Positions 9,663 to 20,007 of a stretch of DNA of 39,713 bases are shown piece after piece; positions within the stretch are counted from its first letter, which is position 1, and every line of letters starts with the position of its first letter. Origin of the DNA: Escherichia phage vB_EcoP_SYGE1; the sequence record MW883060; one strand, 5' to 3'. Both the position numbers and the translations under genes were made by a program. A model generated the notes under the pieces. That model did not search any database. It worked only from the letters and a program-made list of their open reading frames with translations, and was not told the DNA's origin.

Positions 9663-11906
9663 TTACTCCTTACGTCCATAGATGAACTTAGGAGTCTGTT
9701 TACGTTTCTCTCTGACTCGTTTAGCAGCAGCTTCACGGGCTTTCGTTGCGGCAACTATAGGTGCTCGCTTGTTAACATCAGCCAGAGCCTTCTCGCGAGC
9801 TTTCTCTTCGAGTTTCTTCTGGTTCTCACTCCAGACCTTCGAGAGTAACTCTTTGTCGTATCGTGCTCGGACTTGACCAGTTGTGTCCATAAGGTAAATG
9901 GAATCACCTTGTGAATATACGGTCAGTTGCTTATTGGTTATCCAAGGGTTACTCGCAATGATTCCCTTACGTGCTTCCTCCAGAATATCACGACCTTGCT
10001 CCCATGATTTCGGGTCAGAGTTGACTTGCATCATGTTCTTAGGAATTACACCAACGGTATCACCATCAACATCATCACCAGTGAACGTGTAGGTAGATTC
10101 CTTAAGGAACTTGGTCATCTGCTCCATAGCCATACTTTCGTTCCCTGAGCGATATTTAACTGAGTCATAAATCTTACGCGCAGACTCACGTAGTGACGCT
10201 GGCATACGGGCAATCTCAGGAGCCTTAGAGCTATTCAGTGCAGATTCGAATGCTTTATCATCCTCGAAGCGTTGCTCTTTGGAGCGTTTGGCAGTCAGTC
10301 GGTCAGCGTCTAGAATAACCTGAGGGTCAATACCTTGCTTGTCCATCATGTCCATCGTCAGGAACAACTCAGCTTGGTCTGGATATAGTGCAGCAATCAA
10401 CTGAGGGTCGGCATTACGGATTCTACGGAGGGCATCAAGAGCTGGCGTTCGTTCTGGCAACTTACCGTTAATCACAGCGGCAGACCACTCCTGAGCAGCA
10501 TCAGTGACCATAGTCCCGATAGCTGTACGGAATGCTCCGTCCTTAGAGTCCGCTTGAAGGTACTTCAACTTCATAGCGTCCTTAGCGCCATCTGGAATAT
10601 CCATGCGGTCAATCTCCGCGAGCTTCTTATTGGCGTAGTTAACCATATCACTATGCTTGAACTCACCAGTGTTCTCGTTTGTTGGCATGTCCTTAAAGTC
10701 CGTTGAGACCCACTCACCGTTGATTCGCTTCTGAAACTGCTTGTCGATTACTTCAAGTTTGTTCATAGACTTCATGGAATCATCAAGAGCCTTTGCCTGA
10801 GCTTTCGTCCATGCGTTCATCTGCTTCTGAACTTGTTCCTGTGCGGAGATTAACCACTCACGTTGGGGTGTCATCTGCTCATCAGGTTGAACCTTATCAA
10901 GTTCTGCCTTGATACCTTGAAGCATCTCCCACGCAGTCCGAGGGTCCTCTTGGTTCAGCGCAGAGTTAATCTTCAAGCGGTACTGCTCGTTCAGCTTAGC
11001 GTCATTCTCAAACTGAGAACGTTGTGCTGTGACCATGAGAGCATTCCACTGTTCTTCACCCATCAACTCTCGGTAAGTCGTAGTGGCTCCGTTAAGTGTT
11101 ACCTTCTTGTCACCGACTCGCATCAGAAAGTCAGCACCACCAGCACGGCTAGAAGCGTCACTGAACGCTTGGCTTATAAGCTGTGTAGCCTGAGCGTCAG
11201 ACGGGATTGCTCCAGTAACCAGACCGTTGTCGATGTACTTCTCAAAGAAGTCCGCAGAGTCTGGACGACGCAGCATATCTGGGTCTTGAAGGACACTGTT
11301 GAGTTCCACTCGGCTGTTCATGATGGCACCCTTCTGAGCTTGCTGGCTCAAGAAGTTATCGTGTGCGCCATACAGCGAGATGTTACGCTCGGTGATGTCC
11401 CCGTTGAAACCACGCTGATAGTCAACGTCATCAGGGTCAATACCAAACTGCTCAGCGTATGCCTTAGCGCCCTCTTGAAGACGACTGTGACGATACTCTT
11501 CCATTTCTTCACGAGTACGGAAGACACCCTCTTTGATCTTCTGCATAACGTCATCGTCAACAAGGTACGCAGCGTTACGACCAGTCTTGACTCGCAGTGC
11601 TTCCATAGCGTATGGGTCATCCTGATACAGAAGGGTCCCATTGTTGAGAGCTTCTCGACGTTGCTCAGGGGTCAGCTTACGGATAATCTCGTTGGAGCGT
11701 TCGTCAGCTAGGTCTCGTGCTCTCTGTTCCTTAGCGGTATACATATCAGCACCAGCCTGAGCGAACCGACCAATGGTGTCCAATAGGCTTGACTTTGGCT
11801 GTGCAGCTTGAGTTGTTGCCGCACGATAACCCATACCACCAGCGCCACCACGTAACCGAGAGATTCCCGGTTGTGCCGCTTGAAGGGCAGATTCAATTTT
11901 ACTCAT
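9663..11906 (-). CDS. Internal virion protein C gp15
   Basis: 747 aa with ATG start; position and length as T7 gp15. Confidence 0.9.
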   Translation of the reverse strand: MSKIESALQAAQPGISRLRGGAGGMGYRAATTQAAQPKSSLLDTIGRFAQAGADMYTAKEQRARDLADERSNEIIRKLTPEQRREALNNGTLLYQDDPYAMEALRVKTGRNAAYLVDDDVMQKIKEGVFRTREEMEEYRHSRLQEGAKAYAEQFGIDPDDVDYQRGFNGDITERNISLYGAHDNFLSQQAQKGAIMNSRVELNSVLQDPDMLRRPDSADFFEKYIDNGLVTGAIPSDAQATQLISQAFSDASSRAGGADFLMRVGDKKVTLNGATTTYRELMGEEQWNALMVTAQRSQFENDAKLNEQYRLKINSALNQEDPRTAWEMLQGIKAELDKVQPDEQMTPQREWLISAQEQVQKQMNAWTKAQAKALDDSMKSMNKLEVIDKQFQKRINGEWVSTDFKDMPTNENTGEFKHSDMVNYANKKLAEIDRMDIPDGAKDAMKLKYLQADSKDGAFRTAIGTMVTDAAQEWSAAVINGKLPERTPALDALRRIRNADPQLIAALYPDQAELFLTMDMMDKQGIDPQVILDADRLTAKRSKEQRFEDDKAFESALNSSKAPEIARMPASLRESARKIYDSVKYRSGNESMAMEQMTKFLKESTYTFTGDDVDGDTVGVIPKNMMQVNSDPKSWEQGRDILEEARKGIIASNPWITNKQLTVYSQGDSIYLMDTTGQVRARYDKELLSKVWSENQKKLEEKAREKALADVNKRAPIVAATKAREAAAKRVREKRKQTPKFIYGRKE

Positions 11907-11912
11907 AGTTCA

Positions 11913-12503
11913 TTACCTCCCCGTCTTGGTTCCTTTAGCGGCAACTATAGGTGCCTTAGTTGTGGGTTTAGAGTCGAACGCGCCGGATGCATAAGCACTC
12001 GCAGCGGAAGACCCCATGATAGCCAGCGGGTCCAGAACCATCTGTAGCTTACTCTTCTGCTTCTGTTCGCCCTTATAGATTTCTCTAATCTGGCTTGCAG
12101 CACTTTGAGTGCCACCAAGTTGCTGTGCGAAGATTGCTTGGTAGTCACGACGATAGTTCTCAGTTACCATATTGGCTTCCCGAATGAACTGTCCCTCTGT
12201 GACTCGCTTAATGCGGTCCATTGAGGAACCCTCAAGCATACTCTCCCCGATAGCCGCTCTGATAGACCCCAGAGCTTGGACCTTCTGCATGTTCTGAGCG
12301 GTCAACTCAGAGGATGCTTCCTCAAGTTTACTTCGAGCTTGCAGCGATAGGTCAGCATTCTGGATGTTCGTCTGCTTCATAAGTTCAAAGGCTTGACGAC
12401 GACCAGCAGCGGTCTGGGCGGCAATCATTTTGGCCTGAGTGTTCTGACCACTGATAGCCTGAGCGCCAGCTATAGCGATAGGAATTGCGGCTGCCCAACA
12501 CAT
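11913..12503 (-). CDS. Internal virion protein B gp14
   Basis: 196 aa with ATG start; position and length as T7 gp14. Confidence 0.85.
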   Translation of the reverse strand: MCWAAAIPIAIAGAQAISGQNTQAKMIAAQTAAGRRQAFELMKQTNIQNADLSLQARSKLEEASSELTAQNMQKVQALGSIRAAIGESMLEGSSMDRIKRVTEGQFIREANMVTENYRRDYQAIFAQQLGGTQSAASQIREIYKGEQKQKSKLQMVLDPLAIMGSSAASAYASGAFDSKPTTKAPIVAAKGTKTGR

Positions 12504-12507
12504 ATGG

Positions 12508-12924
12508 TTATCCTCCTTTCGTGATTATAAATAACTGAAATTGACCATCCAGTGTGTACTCTTCATGGAATACCGCACCGATAGTCTTGAGGAAACGAAT
12601 GTGGGACGTATTACCTACCCATACGTAATTCCAAAGAGTATCATACTTCTCAAGCATCTTATCGCGATACTCCATGATTAACTTACGGAACTCTCGCTTA
12701 GCTTTTCCACTAAGTCGCCACACTTGGTCGCTCGTAACGAACCAGCATTGGCCCCCACAGTTACCACCGATAGCTAAGGGGAACCCATAGAGGCTCAACG
12801 TGACACACTCGGAAGCATCAGGGAAACTCGGCTCAATACCAGCAGCCTTAGCTTCAAGAATGTCATGGTGAGCCGGAGTGAATACCTCAAAGTCTGTACT
12901 TTTAGTAGGTCTTATAATCATCAT
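12508..12924 (-). CDS. Internal virion/assembly protein gp13
   Basis: 138 aa with ATG start, downstream of phi13. Confidence 0.85.
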   Translation of the reverse strand: MMIIRPTKSTDFEVFTPAHHDILEAKAAGIEPSFPDASECVTLSLYGFPLAIGGNCGGQCWFVTSDQVWRLSGKAKREFRKLIMEYRDKMLEKYDTLWNYVWVGNTSHIRFLKTIGAVFHEEYTLDGQFQLFIITKGG

Positions 12925-12941
12925 AAGAAAACCCTCCCGTA

Positions 12942-12964
12942 GTCGTATTGTTCTCCCTATAGTG
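12942..12964 (-). promoter_or_regulatory. Phage RNAP promoter phi13
   Basis: Perfect reverse complement of TAATACGACTCACTATAGGGAGA. Confidence 0.9.
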
Positions 12965-13004
12965 AGTCGTATTAATTTCGAGCCACCACAGGGAGAACAT
13001 TTAA

Positions 13005-15389
13005 TTAAATACCGGAACTTCTCCGTAAGTAGTTACCTTCCCAGCCACACCCAATGATGTTCAGTGGGGTAGTCTCATCAGACAAGATGGACACGGTATT
13101 GACCTTGGCGTTACCCACCACAGGGAATCGATATTGTCCGGTCCCTAAGTTCAATCGCCCAGCCCTCAGAGTGTTAGAGCCTAAGCGAGCACCAGCCATT
13201 GTATACTTCCAGTTGGACGATTGGTTCTCAACATAAATATCGAACGTACCAGATTCCTCGTAGTTAACCCACGCTCGGCGTAACTGTAAGCGACCAATGT
13301 CTTCCGTGGAGGTAGACCCATCGTCGGCAGTCTGCTTGATGAGAAACTTGGAGAACTCATAGACGAAGCTAATGTTGAACCCAATGTACACCGTTCGTCC
13401 CTCTAAGTTACCGTTGAGTCTCAGCCAAGGGTCACTATTCCACCCGGCCTTAGGTTGCTCAAATACGGTTATCTTACCATCAGGCTCCAATACAGTGATT
13501 TTGCCCCTCCTGAAGTTTGCACCATAGATTGTTGGAATGTGGATAGAGGTAGTGAATGTATCATCGCTGTACGTTCCACTAGGAATCGTGTAGCGAATCT
13601 TCATATCCATAAAGGCACGATATGGTTCACCTTGTAAGTCAATGGCATTCTTAGTGAAGGATATTTTAGCTAGAAACGTATTGAACTCATTGCGAAGAAT
13701 AACGTACATATCCGAGCCGATGCTCTGACAAGCTAGAACCTGCACGTTTGCCCCAAAGTCCCAGTGAGACCACGACTGTTGCCTTAACTCTTCGTTCAGG
13801 TACAGGAATTTGTAAATGAAGATTTTACTTGGGTCCCCGTGAGATAGTACAGAACAGAAGTTTTCCGTACCACTGCCACAAATACTGAACACACCATTAG
13901 GGATGTAGTTAGGAACGTGCGCTGTAATGTCCTCAGCGTTCTTAACGAAACTTACATCCTGCACAGCGTAATATCTGTAGATGGACGTGAAGCTGGACCT
14001 CGGACTAGCAAAGTAGACATTACGCCCAATCCCATAAGGTCTCGCCCTGTCCTGTACGTCAAACTGAGTCGTTAGGTTCAACTCAACCGACTTCGATGTA
14101 AGTGTGCCTGACGCTGTCAGAACGAACTGTGCTTCGTCGGACCAGATGAGTAACTCTTCTGAGAACGGAACGGCGTACTTAAGGATTGATATTCGGTTGG
14201 TACTCACAGCTACGTCTATAGGGTCGTCATCACTAAGGTTCGCAATGGACGCAGGGTAGAAGTTGAAGTATTTGGCTGTACGGCTCAATATGATGTTCTC
14301 CCCACTAAGGAATCCTAAGCGGTTACGGAAGAAGAACACATCGTTAATATTTGAACCAACAAAAGAAGGCCAAGGGTTGGTATCAACGTCACCACAAGAC
14401 TTAGGAGACCACTCAAGCCACTTGAAGTCAAAATTACCGTCAGCGGCTCGCACAAGAGCGTGTGGCATGGTTTCCCATAGAACTTGGTTCTCAGTGTCCC
14501 AACCTAAAGTCTCAATCCAAACTTTCCGCTCAGCGTCATACCGAACGTAATACTGGTCGGCAGACCTAGAGGAGTCCCCTACGATTTTCACAATGTAGCC
14601 GTTAGGAGCATTAGGTGGCAACTTAGAGAACGACTGAGCGTAGTGGGGCACAGGGTTAATCAACTGGTCTGCGTATCCATCTTTAGTCGTGAAGGAGTTA
14701 ATCTGTTGACCGCTAGGTGCGGCCACATGGATGAACCCTTGCCCTACATTTACAGTCCAACCAGACAAGTTAGCGCGCATCTGCTTGGCTAACTCTTCGG
14801 CTAACCATTGGGCATCCGTATTGTTTACGTGTTCGGGCTTACTACCATCTGGTATCTTATACTTAGCAACGTCTTTCCCGTTAATGTGGATAATTAGTTC
14901 CCTACCATACTGACCACCACGCACGTTAATCAATCCGTCTTGCTTAGGGTTGTAATTCTGTAAGTTGACAGACTTTGTGTTCTTCTGTACAACAACGTTA
15001 CGGTTAACGATGAACGTATAGTCTGCTACAGTAACCATTCGCAGGTCGTTACGTGGATTAGCGGTCTTGATGTAGTTGGAACCGTTAGGATACCTGACTT
15101 GCTTCTCGTTACCAGCAAGGTCGAACACTCGGATTCCACTACCAGTGAACACAGCATAATACTGTTCGCGCTCATCTCGGTTAATCAGGTGGATGTACGG
15201 GGCTTGACCTAACGCACCGTTGTCTCCAAGTGTCTTAATGAAAACCAGCGGTGGACGCTTTTGGAGGCCATCGGTCTCCGAAGACCAACCGTTAACTTGA
15301 CGTGACCCTTGGTCTGGATAACGAAGGATGTCAGGCTGTTGGCTGATACCACCCTTCAAGTTCTTGATTGATTGGCTAATGAGTGCCAT
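13005..15389 (-). CDS. Tail tubular protein B gp12
   Basis: 794 aa with ATG start; position and length as T7 gp12. Confidence 0.9.
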   Translation of the reverse strand: MALISQSIKNLKGGISQQPDILRYPDQGSRQVNGWSSETDGLQKRPPLVFIKTLGDNGALGQAPYIHLINRDEREQYYAVFTGSGIRVFDLAGNEKQVRYPNGSNYIKTANPRNDLRMVTVADYTFIVNRNVVVQKNTKSVNLQNYNPKQDGLINVRGGQYGRELIIHINGKDVAKYKIPDGSKPEHVNNTDAQWLAEELAKQMRANLSGWTVNVGQGFIHVAAPSGQQINSFTTKDGYADQLINPVPHYAQSFSKLPPNAPNGYIVKIVGDSSRSADQYYVRYDAERKVWIETLGWDTENQVLWETMPHALVRAADGNFDFKWLEWSPKSCGDVDTNPWPSFVGSNINDVFFFRNRLGFLSGENIILSRTAKYFNFYPASIANLSDDDPIDVAVSTNRISILKYAVPFSEELLIWSDEAQFVLTASGTLTSKSVELNLTTQFDVQDRARPYGIGRNVYFASPRSSFTSIYRYYAVQDVSFVKNAEDITAHVPNYIPNGVFSICGSGTENFCSVLSHGDPSKIFIYKFLYLNEELRQQSWSHWDFGANVQVLACQSIGSDMYVILRNEFNTFLAKISFTKNAIDLQGEPYRAFMDMKIRYTIPSGTYSDDTFTTSIHIPTIYGANFRRGKITVLEPDGKITVFEQPKAGWNSDPWLRLNGNLEGRTVYIGFNISFVYEFSKFLIKQTADDGSTSTEDIGRLQLRRAWVNYEESGTFDIYVENQSSNWKYTMAGARLGSNTLRAGRLNLGTGQYRFPVVGNAKVNTVSILSDETTPLNIIGCGWEGNYLRRSSGI

Positions 15390-15409
15390 TATAGCCTCCT
15401 TATTGATTA

Positions 15410-16000
15410 TTAGCGAGTCAGTAGACCAGAAGTGAACGCATCGCCATCCAGCATATTGTACCCACCGTAGTCCACTTCGTACTCCATACAGAGACGTCTA
15501 GCCTCATCTTCCTCTTCTTGGAGTACGCCCTCTACTTCCGGTGCCCCAAAGAATCGGTTGTTGAACTGACGGGAAGCCTTGGTGACAATCCAGTAGCGGA
15601 AGCACTCAGGCATCTCATCGTAGTCTCGAAGACGTATAATGTTCACTGTAATACCAGAGTCAAAGCGGTCTGTTTGATTCGTTCGGTCATATACATAGCC
15701 ACCTCGGTTGACGTAGATGGATTGACCGGAAGTAGACATTAAGGATAAATAGTCATCGCTGTATACAATCAGGTTGGAGTAAACATCAGGTAAGAGCGTT
15801 ACACCTTCCTCAATGTTGAACGTCCAGCCACGAGACTGAATCTGTCGGTTAATCTTATTGAGAATACGTCGAGCGTTCGCCACGTCTGCGTTAGAGTCAC
15901 CCTCTAGCGTCGATACCGGAGGTTCACCGATAGATGCCAGAATGTCGTTCACAGCTGATAACTCAGCGGCAGTCTCAACGTTCATATCATAAGAGCGCAT
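15410..16000 (-). CDS. Tail tubular protein A gp11
   Basis: 196 aa from ATG at 15998..16000 preceded by GAAAGGAGGAGG; [17 protein letters not shown]... matches recalled T7 gp11. The track ORF has a 12-codon upstream extension. Confidence 0.9.
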   Translation of the reverse strand: MRSYDMNVETAAELSAVNDILASIGEPPVSTLEGDSNADVANARRILNKINRQIQSRGWTFNIEEGVTLLPDVYSNLIVYSDDYLSLMSTSGQSIYVNRGGYVYDRTNQTDRFDSGITVNIIRLRDYDEMPECFRYWIVTKASRQFNNRFFGAPEVEGVLQEEEDEARRLCMEYEVDYGGYNMLDGDAFTSGLLTR

Positions 16001-16021
16001 ATAGTTCCTCCTCCTTTCAGC

Positions 16022-16069
16022 AAAAAAACCCCTCAAGACCCGTTTAGAGGCCCCAAGGGGTTATGCTAG
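16022..16069 (-). terminator. T-phi late terminator for phage RNAP
   Basis: Minus strand reads CTAGCATAACCCCTTGGGGCCTCTAAACGGGTCTTGAGGGGTTTTTTG, the classical T7 T-phi hairpin plus U tract, immediately after the 10B stop. Confidence 0.95.
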
Positions 16070-17268
16070 TTATTGCTCAGCGGTGGCAGCAGCCAACTCA
16101 GCTTCCTTTCGGGCTTTGTTAGCAGCGCGTGTGCGTGCGGCCTTCTGTGCTGGCGTTAAGGTTTCTTCTGTTGAAGTAACACTCACCTCTTCGGGACTAG
16201 CAGCGACCGTTGAGGCCACCTCCTGCATTACTCCCCCTTGAAAACCACAGCACCAGCAGCTTCTGGGCGCAGACCACCGTGACCCATTGCATACTTAGCA
16301 ATAATCTGGTCAGCTTGGAAGTTAGCACGGCGAGCGCGCTCCAGAGCCAAGTCACGCAGTTTAACAGTACCTACCGCAGAGCGGTGCATGAACAGGCCGA
16401 TAACGTTGTTCTTAGCAACCTTGGCGTTATCACTCTTAGTGGTAGGGAAGGCGTGCTTCTGACCAGTAGTAGTATCATCACGAGCAGTACCAGCACCACC
16501 AGCGGTGAGGTGCGGAACTTCTACAACCTCAAAGCCCATAACGTTGCGGATAGAACCCTTCTCAGGGTCAATCAGAGCAGCGTAGTTTGCCGCGTTCGGC
16601 ATCAGCGCAGCCAGAATCGCAGAGTAGCTATCTGGGTCGCAGTAGAACACGCGGTCAGCAGCTGGAACATAGTTCTTGGTCAGAGCCGCACGAGCTTTGG
16701 TCAGAGCCGCAATAATCTCCTTACCCAGAGCAACTTGGTCGGTAAGCTCACTCTTGCTCTGAGTGGTCTCAATCACAGTGGCAGTGCCCAGACCTGCAAT
16801 GTTCTCATCAGCGGTACTCTCCAAGTTACACAGGCCAGCAATCTCAGCCAGAACCGCACCATCAGCAGCCATCGCCAGAGATTCACCCAACTGAGAGGTA
16901 TACTCAGAGCGAACGTCATAGTGGTTCATCGCGTCCTCAATATCGTAAATCAGAACGTCAGCCGTCAGGAGACCATCAATGGTGATTACCTTCTCGGTGT
17001 GTTTGATGTCTTTACGTTTATCATCGAGGTTCTCACCCGGAGCCAGATACGCTGCCTGAGTGCGACCCAGAACAGGGAACTGAGCAGATTTACCGCTGGA
17101 AATGGAACGGACCATGTGGCGAGAAGTGGTCACAGAGGTACGAGCGAATGCAGTCAGAACTTCACCACCAAATACCTTCAAGAACAACGCCAGTTTATCA
17201 GAAGCACTTGCACCTTTACCTTTACCTTGGTTAGCACCCAGTTGCTGTCCACCAGTCATAGTAGTCAT
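16070..17268 (-). CDS. Minor capsid protein gp10B, made by -1 ribosomal frameshift near the end of 10A
   Basis: Slippery GGTTTTC on the minus strand at 16240..16246; the -1 frame stays open for 56 codons (QGGVMQEVASTVAASPEEV...KARKEAELAAATAEQ) to TAA at 16070..16072. Confidence 0.75.
16228..17268 (-). CDS. Major capsid protein gp10A
   Basis: 346 aa with ATG start behind the phi10 leader (AAGAAGGAGACATACATATG); near identical to recalled T7 gp10A after the first ~25 residues. Confidence 0.95.
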   Translation of the reverse strand: MTTMTGGQQLGANQGKGKGASASDKLALFLKVFGGEVLTAFARTSVTTSRHMVRSISSGKSAQFPVLGRTQAAYLAPGENLDDKRKDIKHTEKVITIDGLLTADVLIYDIEDAMNHYDVRSEYTSQLGESLAMAADGAVLAEIAGLCNLESTADENIAGLGTATVIETTQSKSELTDQVALGKEIIAALTKARAALTKNYVPAADRVFYCDPDSYSAILAALMPNAANYAALIDPEKGSIRNVMGFEVVEVPHLTAGGAGTARDDTTTGQKHAFPTTKSDNAKVAKNNVIGLFMHRSAVGTVKLRDLALERARRANFQADQIIAKYAMGHGGLRPEAAGAVVFKGE

Positions 17269-17326
17269 ATGTATGTCTCCTTCTTAAAGTTAAACAAGAA
17301 TGATTTCTAGAGGGAAACCGTTGTGG

Positions 17327-17349
17327 TCTCCCTATAGTGAGTCGTATTA
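17327..17349 (-). promoter_or_regulatory. Phage RNAP promoter phi10 with canonical leader
   Basis: TAATACGACTCACTATAGGGAGACCACAACGGTTTCCCTCTAGAAAT... on the minus strand, the classical phi10 leader. Confidence 0.95.
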
Positions 17350-17362
17350 ATTTCGGAGTCTA

Positions 17363-18286
17363 TCAGAAGTTCGAGTCGATTACTTTCTGTTCGACTTGAC
17401 GACGATAATTGGCATCTGTGCGATACCGAGGGTCGCTCATAGCTTTAATCATCTCGCTACGGTCCGCAAAGCCTTCACGCTTGGTCGCCTGAGGTTTAGC
17501 CGGAATAGCACGATTAGTCACGCTACGAGTTGGCTTACGACCGAACGCCTTAGCGCGAGACTCACCAGCCAAGTTGATGATAGCCTTAACGGTCGCTAAG
17601 TCACGATTGGTCAACGCATTGTCCAGTGACTGTGCAGCCTCAGGGTTGTGCGTCTCAAGGTGATTATACAGTGCATCAAAACGCTCACGACCGCCAGCGT
17701 ACTCAATGACACTGTTTACGTACCGCTCCACCAGAGCCTCTTGACCACGAATGTATGAGTCAATGAAAGCCTTCGTGTAGCCAATTTCAGCCAGCTTAGC
17801 GTAGGACTCAGCGGATAACTCTTCGTTCTCCTCGTACTCACGCTGGATGACCTCGATGGTCTCGGCGCTCATGCCACGCTCGGCAGCAATATTAATCATC
17901 TCTTGGAAGCCCTCTTCGTGCTCACCAAGTTGCTCAGAGGCAGCTACCAGTTCTTCTGGAGCCTCACCCAGCGGGGTAAACTCTTCGGAACCTTCGGTGT
18001 CCCCAAAGCCTTCTTCACCAGTGTCCACATCGGTCGGCTCAGAGCCATCACCAATACGAACCTGAATGCGACCTTCGTCATCCTCTTGACCGAACGGGTC
18101 AGAGTTGTCATACAGGTCACGTTCTGTTTCCACTTCGTCGGACGCTAACTCGATTGCATCATCGCCATCACGGGCAGCAACATCAAGAGCCAGCATATTC
18201 TGCTCATGTTCCTCAATGGAACCACCAGACATCACAGCGGAGTTCACGCCAAAAGATGCATATACGTCTGCATTAGATTCAGCCAT
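17363..18286 (-). CDS. Capsid assembly (scaffolding) protein gp9
   Basis: 307 aa, strongly acidic, with ATG start; position as T7 gp9. Confidence 0.9.
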   Translation of the reverse strand: MAESNADVYASFGVNSAVMSGGSIEEHEQNMLALDVAARDGDDAIELASDEVETERDLYDNSDPFGQEDDEGRIQVRIGDGSEPTDVDTGEEGFGDTEGSEEFTPLGEAPEELVAASEQLGEHEEGFQEMINIAAERGMSAETIEVIQREYEENEELSAESYAKLAEIGYTKAFIDSYIRGQEALVERYVNSVIEYAGGRERFDALYNHLETHNPEAAQSLDNALTNRDLATVKAIINLAGESRAKAFGRKPTRSVTNRAIPAKPQATKREGFADRSEMIKAMSDPRYRTDANYRRQVEQKVIDSNF

Positions 18287-18361
18287 TATTATTGTCTCCT
18301 TAAAGTTGAACTACAGGGAGACGCAGCGAAGGTCCGCAGTACGGATTGCCTCGAAGTCTTA

Positions 18362-18384
18362 CTCTCCCTATAGTGAGTCGTATT
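18362..18384 (-). promoter_or_regulatory. Phage RNAP promoter phi9
   Basis: Perfect consensus 23-mer on the minus strand. Confidence 0.9.
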
Positions 18385-19993
18385 AAATACCAGGCTGTAA
18401 ACCTACGGAATCAGCAGCAGCAACCATAGCCTCAGGTGAAGCCGTAGCCTGTGCAGCCATACCTTGACCAAGCGCAGCAGCACCACTATCCATACCCATT
18501 TGCATAGACTGTTGAGCCATCTTCTGTTGCTTCTGTTCTTCGGTAAGAAGGATACCAGAAGTGTCAATACCGATAGCGTTAGCAATGCGCAACTTAATCA
18601 TCGCAAGGTTGATGTCAGGGTCATCACGCATAGGAGCAAGAGCAGCCCACGCAGCGACACAACGCTCCAGCTTATCAAGGTCTTGACCACGACCGATTGC
18701 TTCCAGACCTGTACTAATGGTTGGCTCTACGGCTTCCTTAGGTAACTCAGGAATCTGTTGCGTGGCTTGTAGTTGCTTCAAGAGCACTCGTACCAGAGGC
18801 AACTGTAATTCTTGAGAAAGGATTGAGTAGACACCACCTAAAGTATCTTCAAGTTCAGAAGCGACATACCGAATCTCTTCGGCGGTCACACGTTCACCTG
18901 TGCGCTGAACCGCAGAGTTCAACATAAAGGCAAACGAAAGGCGAGCCTCAATAGCGTCACTGACAGCCTTGGCTACAGTAAAGTCTGCTTGCTTCTCCAG
19001 TTGGAGGAACGAGATGTCTTCTGGACGACCGGTAACGAAGTCACCAGTCTGAGCTTTGGTCAGTCGGCGTGGCTGGGTGATACCAGCAGGATTCACTAAG
19101 CCGATAACCTTAGAGCTAATCATGGACATCTTGACGATAGCCTCTTGGAGATTCTCAAGGGACCGTAAGTCACCTAAGTATTCCTCAATGTACGAACGAC
19201 CGTAGGATTCACCGTCCAGACGAACCATTCGAATCGGGATGTATGGACAAGCATCTTTAGGATACGCCCCATCGGAGCCTTGTATCTCCATACCTTCAAC
19301 CTCTTCGTAGCGGAGATATTCGTCTGACTCTTCGTCCAAGTAGATGTGAGTGTACACATCAATGGTCTCATCAGGTTTCTTCTCACCGCCTTGACCTTCT
19401 ACAGCCTTACGGATGTCCTCAGGGAGAGCACCAAAAGCTATCTGGTCACGAGTCACCATTTGCAGAACGTTGCCGAATGCGTCTCGTTGGACCACATAAG
19501 AAGACAATCGGTACAGCTTCATGGGATTATAGTTTGACCCTTCTGGTTCCGGTAGATACAGCAAGACGTTACCCGCTACGACTAACTGCTTGAGAGCCTC
19601 AAAGAGAGTCACGCGGTAGCTGTTAGACTCAATGTAGTTCATGATGATACGCTCTACCATTGAGAGACCCTCATCGACCTTAGCGAGTCCATCGGGGTCA
19701 TTCAGTAACTGTTTGGCCTCATACTCAGAGATGGTCAGTTTCATCCACGTCTGCATCGGAAAGAGAGCCAGCATGAGCTTAGAGGCCAAGTTATTGAGAC
19801 CGCGAGCACCTACAGCTTGCCACGGAGTTGTGTAGTCTGTAGATGAGTTATCGGAGTCCTTAGGGAAGAGGGACGGAATGGTGTACTGAGCGCAGTTTTG
19901 AGCGCGAGTCTCATAAGGAGCGCGGTCGTTCTTCAATCGGTCATAAACGGACTTTGCGCCTTCCTCGGCTAGACCTGTACGCTTCTCAGCCAT
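18383..19993 (-). CDS. Head-to-tail connector (portal) gp8
   Basis: 536 aa with ATG start; position and length as T7 gp8. Confidence 0.9.
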   Translation of the reverse strand: MAEKRTGLAEEGAKSVYDRLKNDRAPYETRAQNCAQYTIPSLFPKDSDNSSTDYTTPWQAVGARGLNNLASKLMLALFPMQTWMKLTISEYEAKQLLNDPDGLAKVDEGLSMVERIIMNYIESNSYRVTLFEALKQLVVAGNVLLYLPEPEGSNYNPMKLYRLSSYVVQRDAFGNVLQMVTRDQIAFGALPEDIRKAVEGQGGEKKPDETIDVYTHIYLDEESDEYLRYEEVEGMEIQGSDGAYPKDACPYIPIRMVRLDGESYGRSYIEEYLGDLRSLENLQEAIVKMSMISSKVIGLVNPAGITQPRRLTKAQTGDFVTGRPEDISFLQLEKQADFTVAKAVSDAIEARLSFAFMLNSAVQRTGERVTAEEIRYVASELEDTLGGVYSILSQELQLPLVRVLLKQLQATQQIPELPKEAVEPTISTGLEAIGRGQDLDKLERCVAAWAALAPMRDDPDINLAMIKLRIANAIGIDTSGILLTEEQKQQKMAQQSMQMGMDSGAAALGQGMAAQATASPEAMVAAADSVGLQPGI

Positions 19994-20007
19994 GTGTCAC
20001 CTCCTGT

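Noticed and set aside
10863-11711. 282-aa plus-strand ORF inside gene 15
   Set aside because: Antisense to a well-supported virion protein gene; no translation signals; all supported genes are on the minus strand.
15410-16036. Upstream extensions of several track ORFs (e.g. gp11 at 208 aa, gp2.5 at 244 aa, gp2 at 87 aa, holin at 84 aa, gp3 at 165 aa)
   Set aside because: The track begins these ORFs at in-frame TTG/GTG or at the first available codon; internal ATGs with proper SD spacing reproduce the recalled T7 protein lengths and N-termini.
16210-17310. 366-aa plus-strand ORF antisense to the major capsid gene
   Set aside because: It lies opposite a capsid gene with clear homology, promoter and SD, has no SD or promoter of its own, and an extreme Ser/Thr/Val-rich composition typical of antisense frames.
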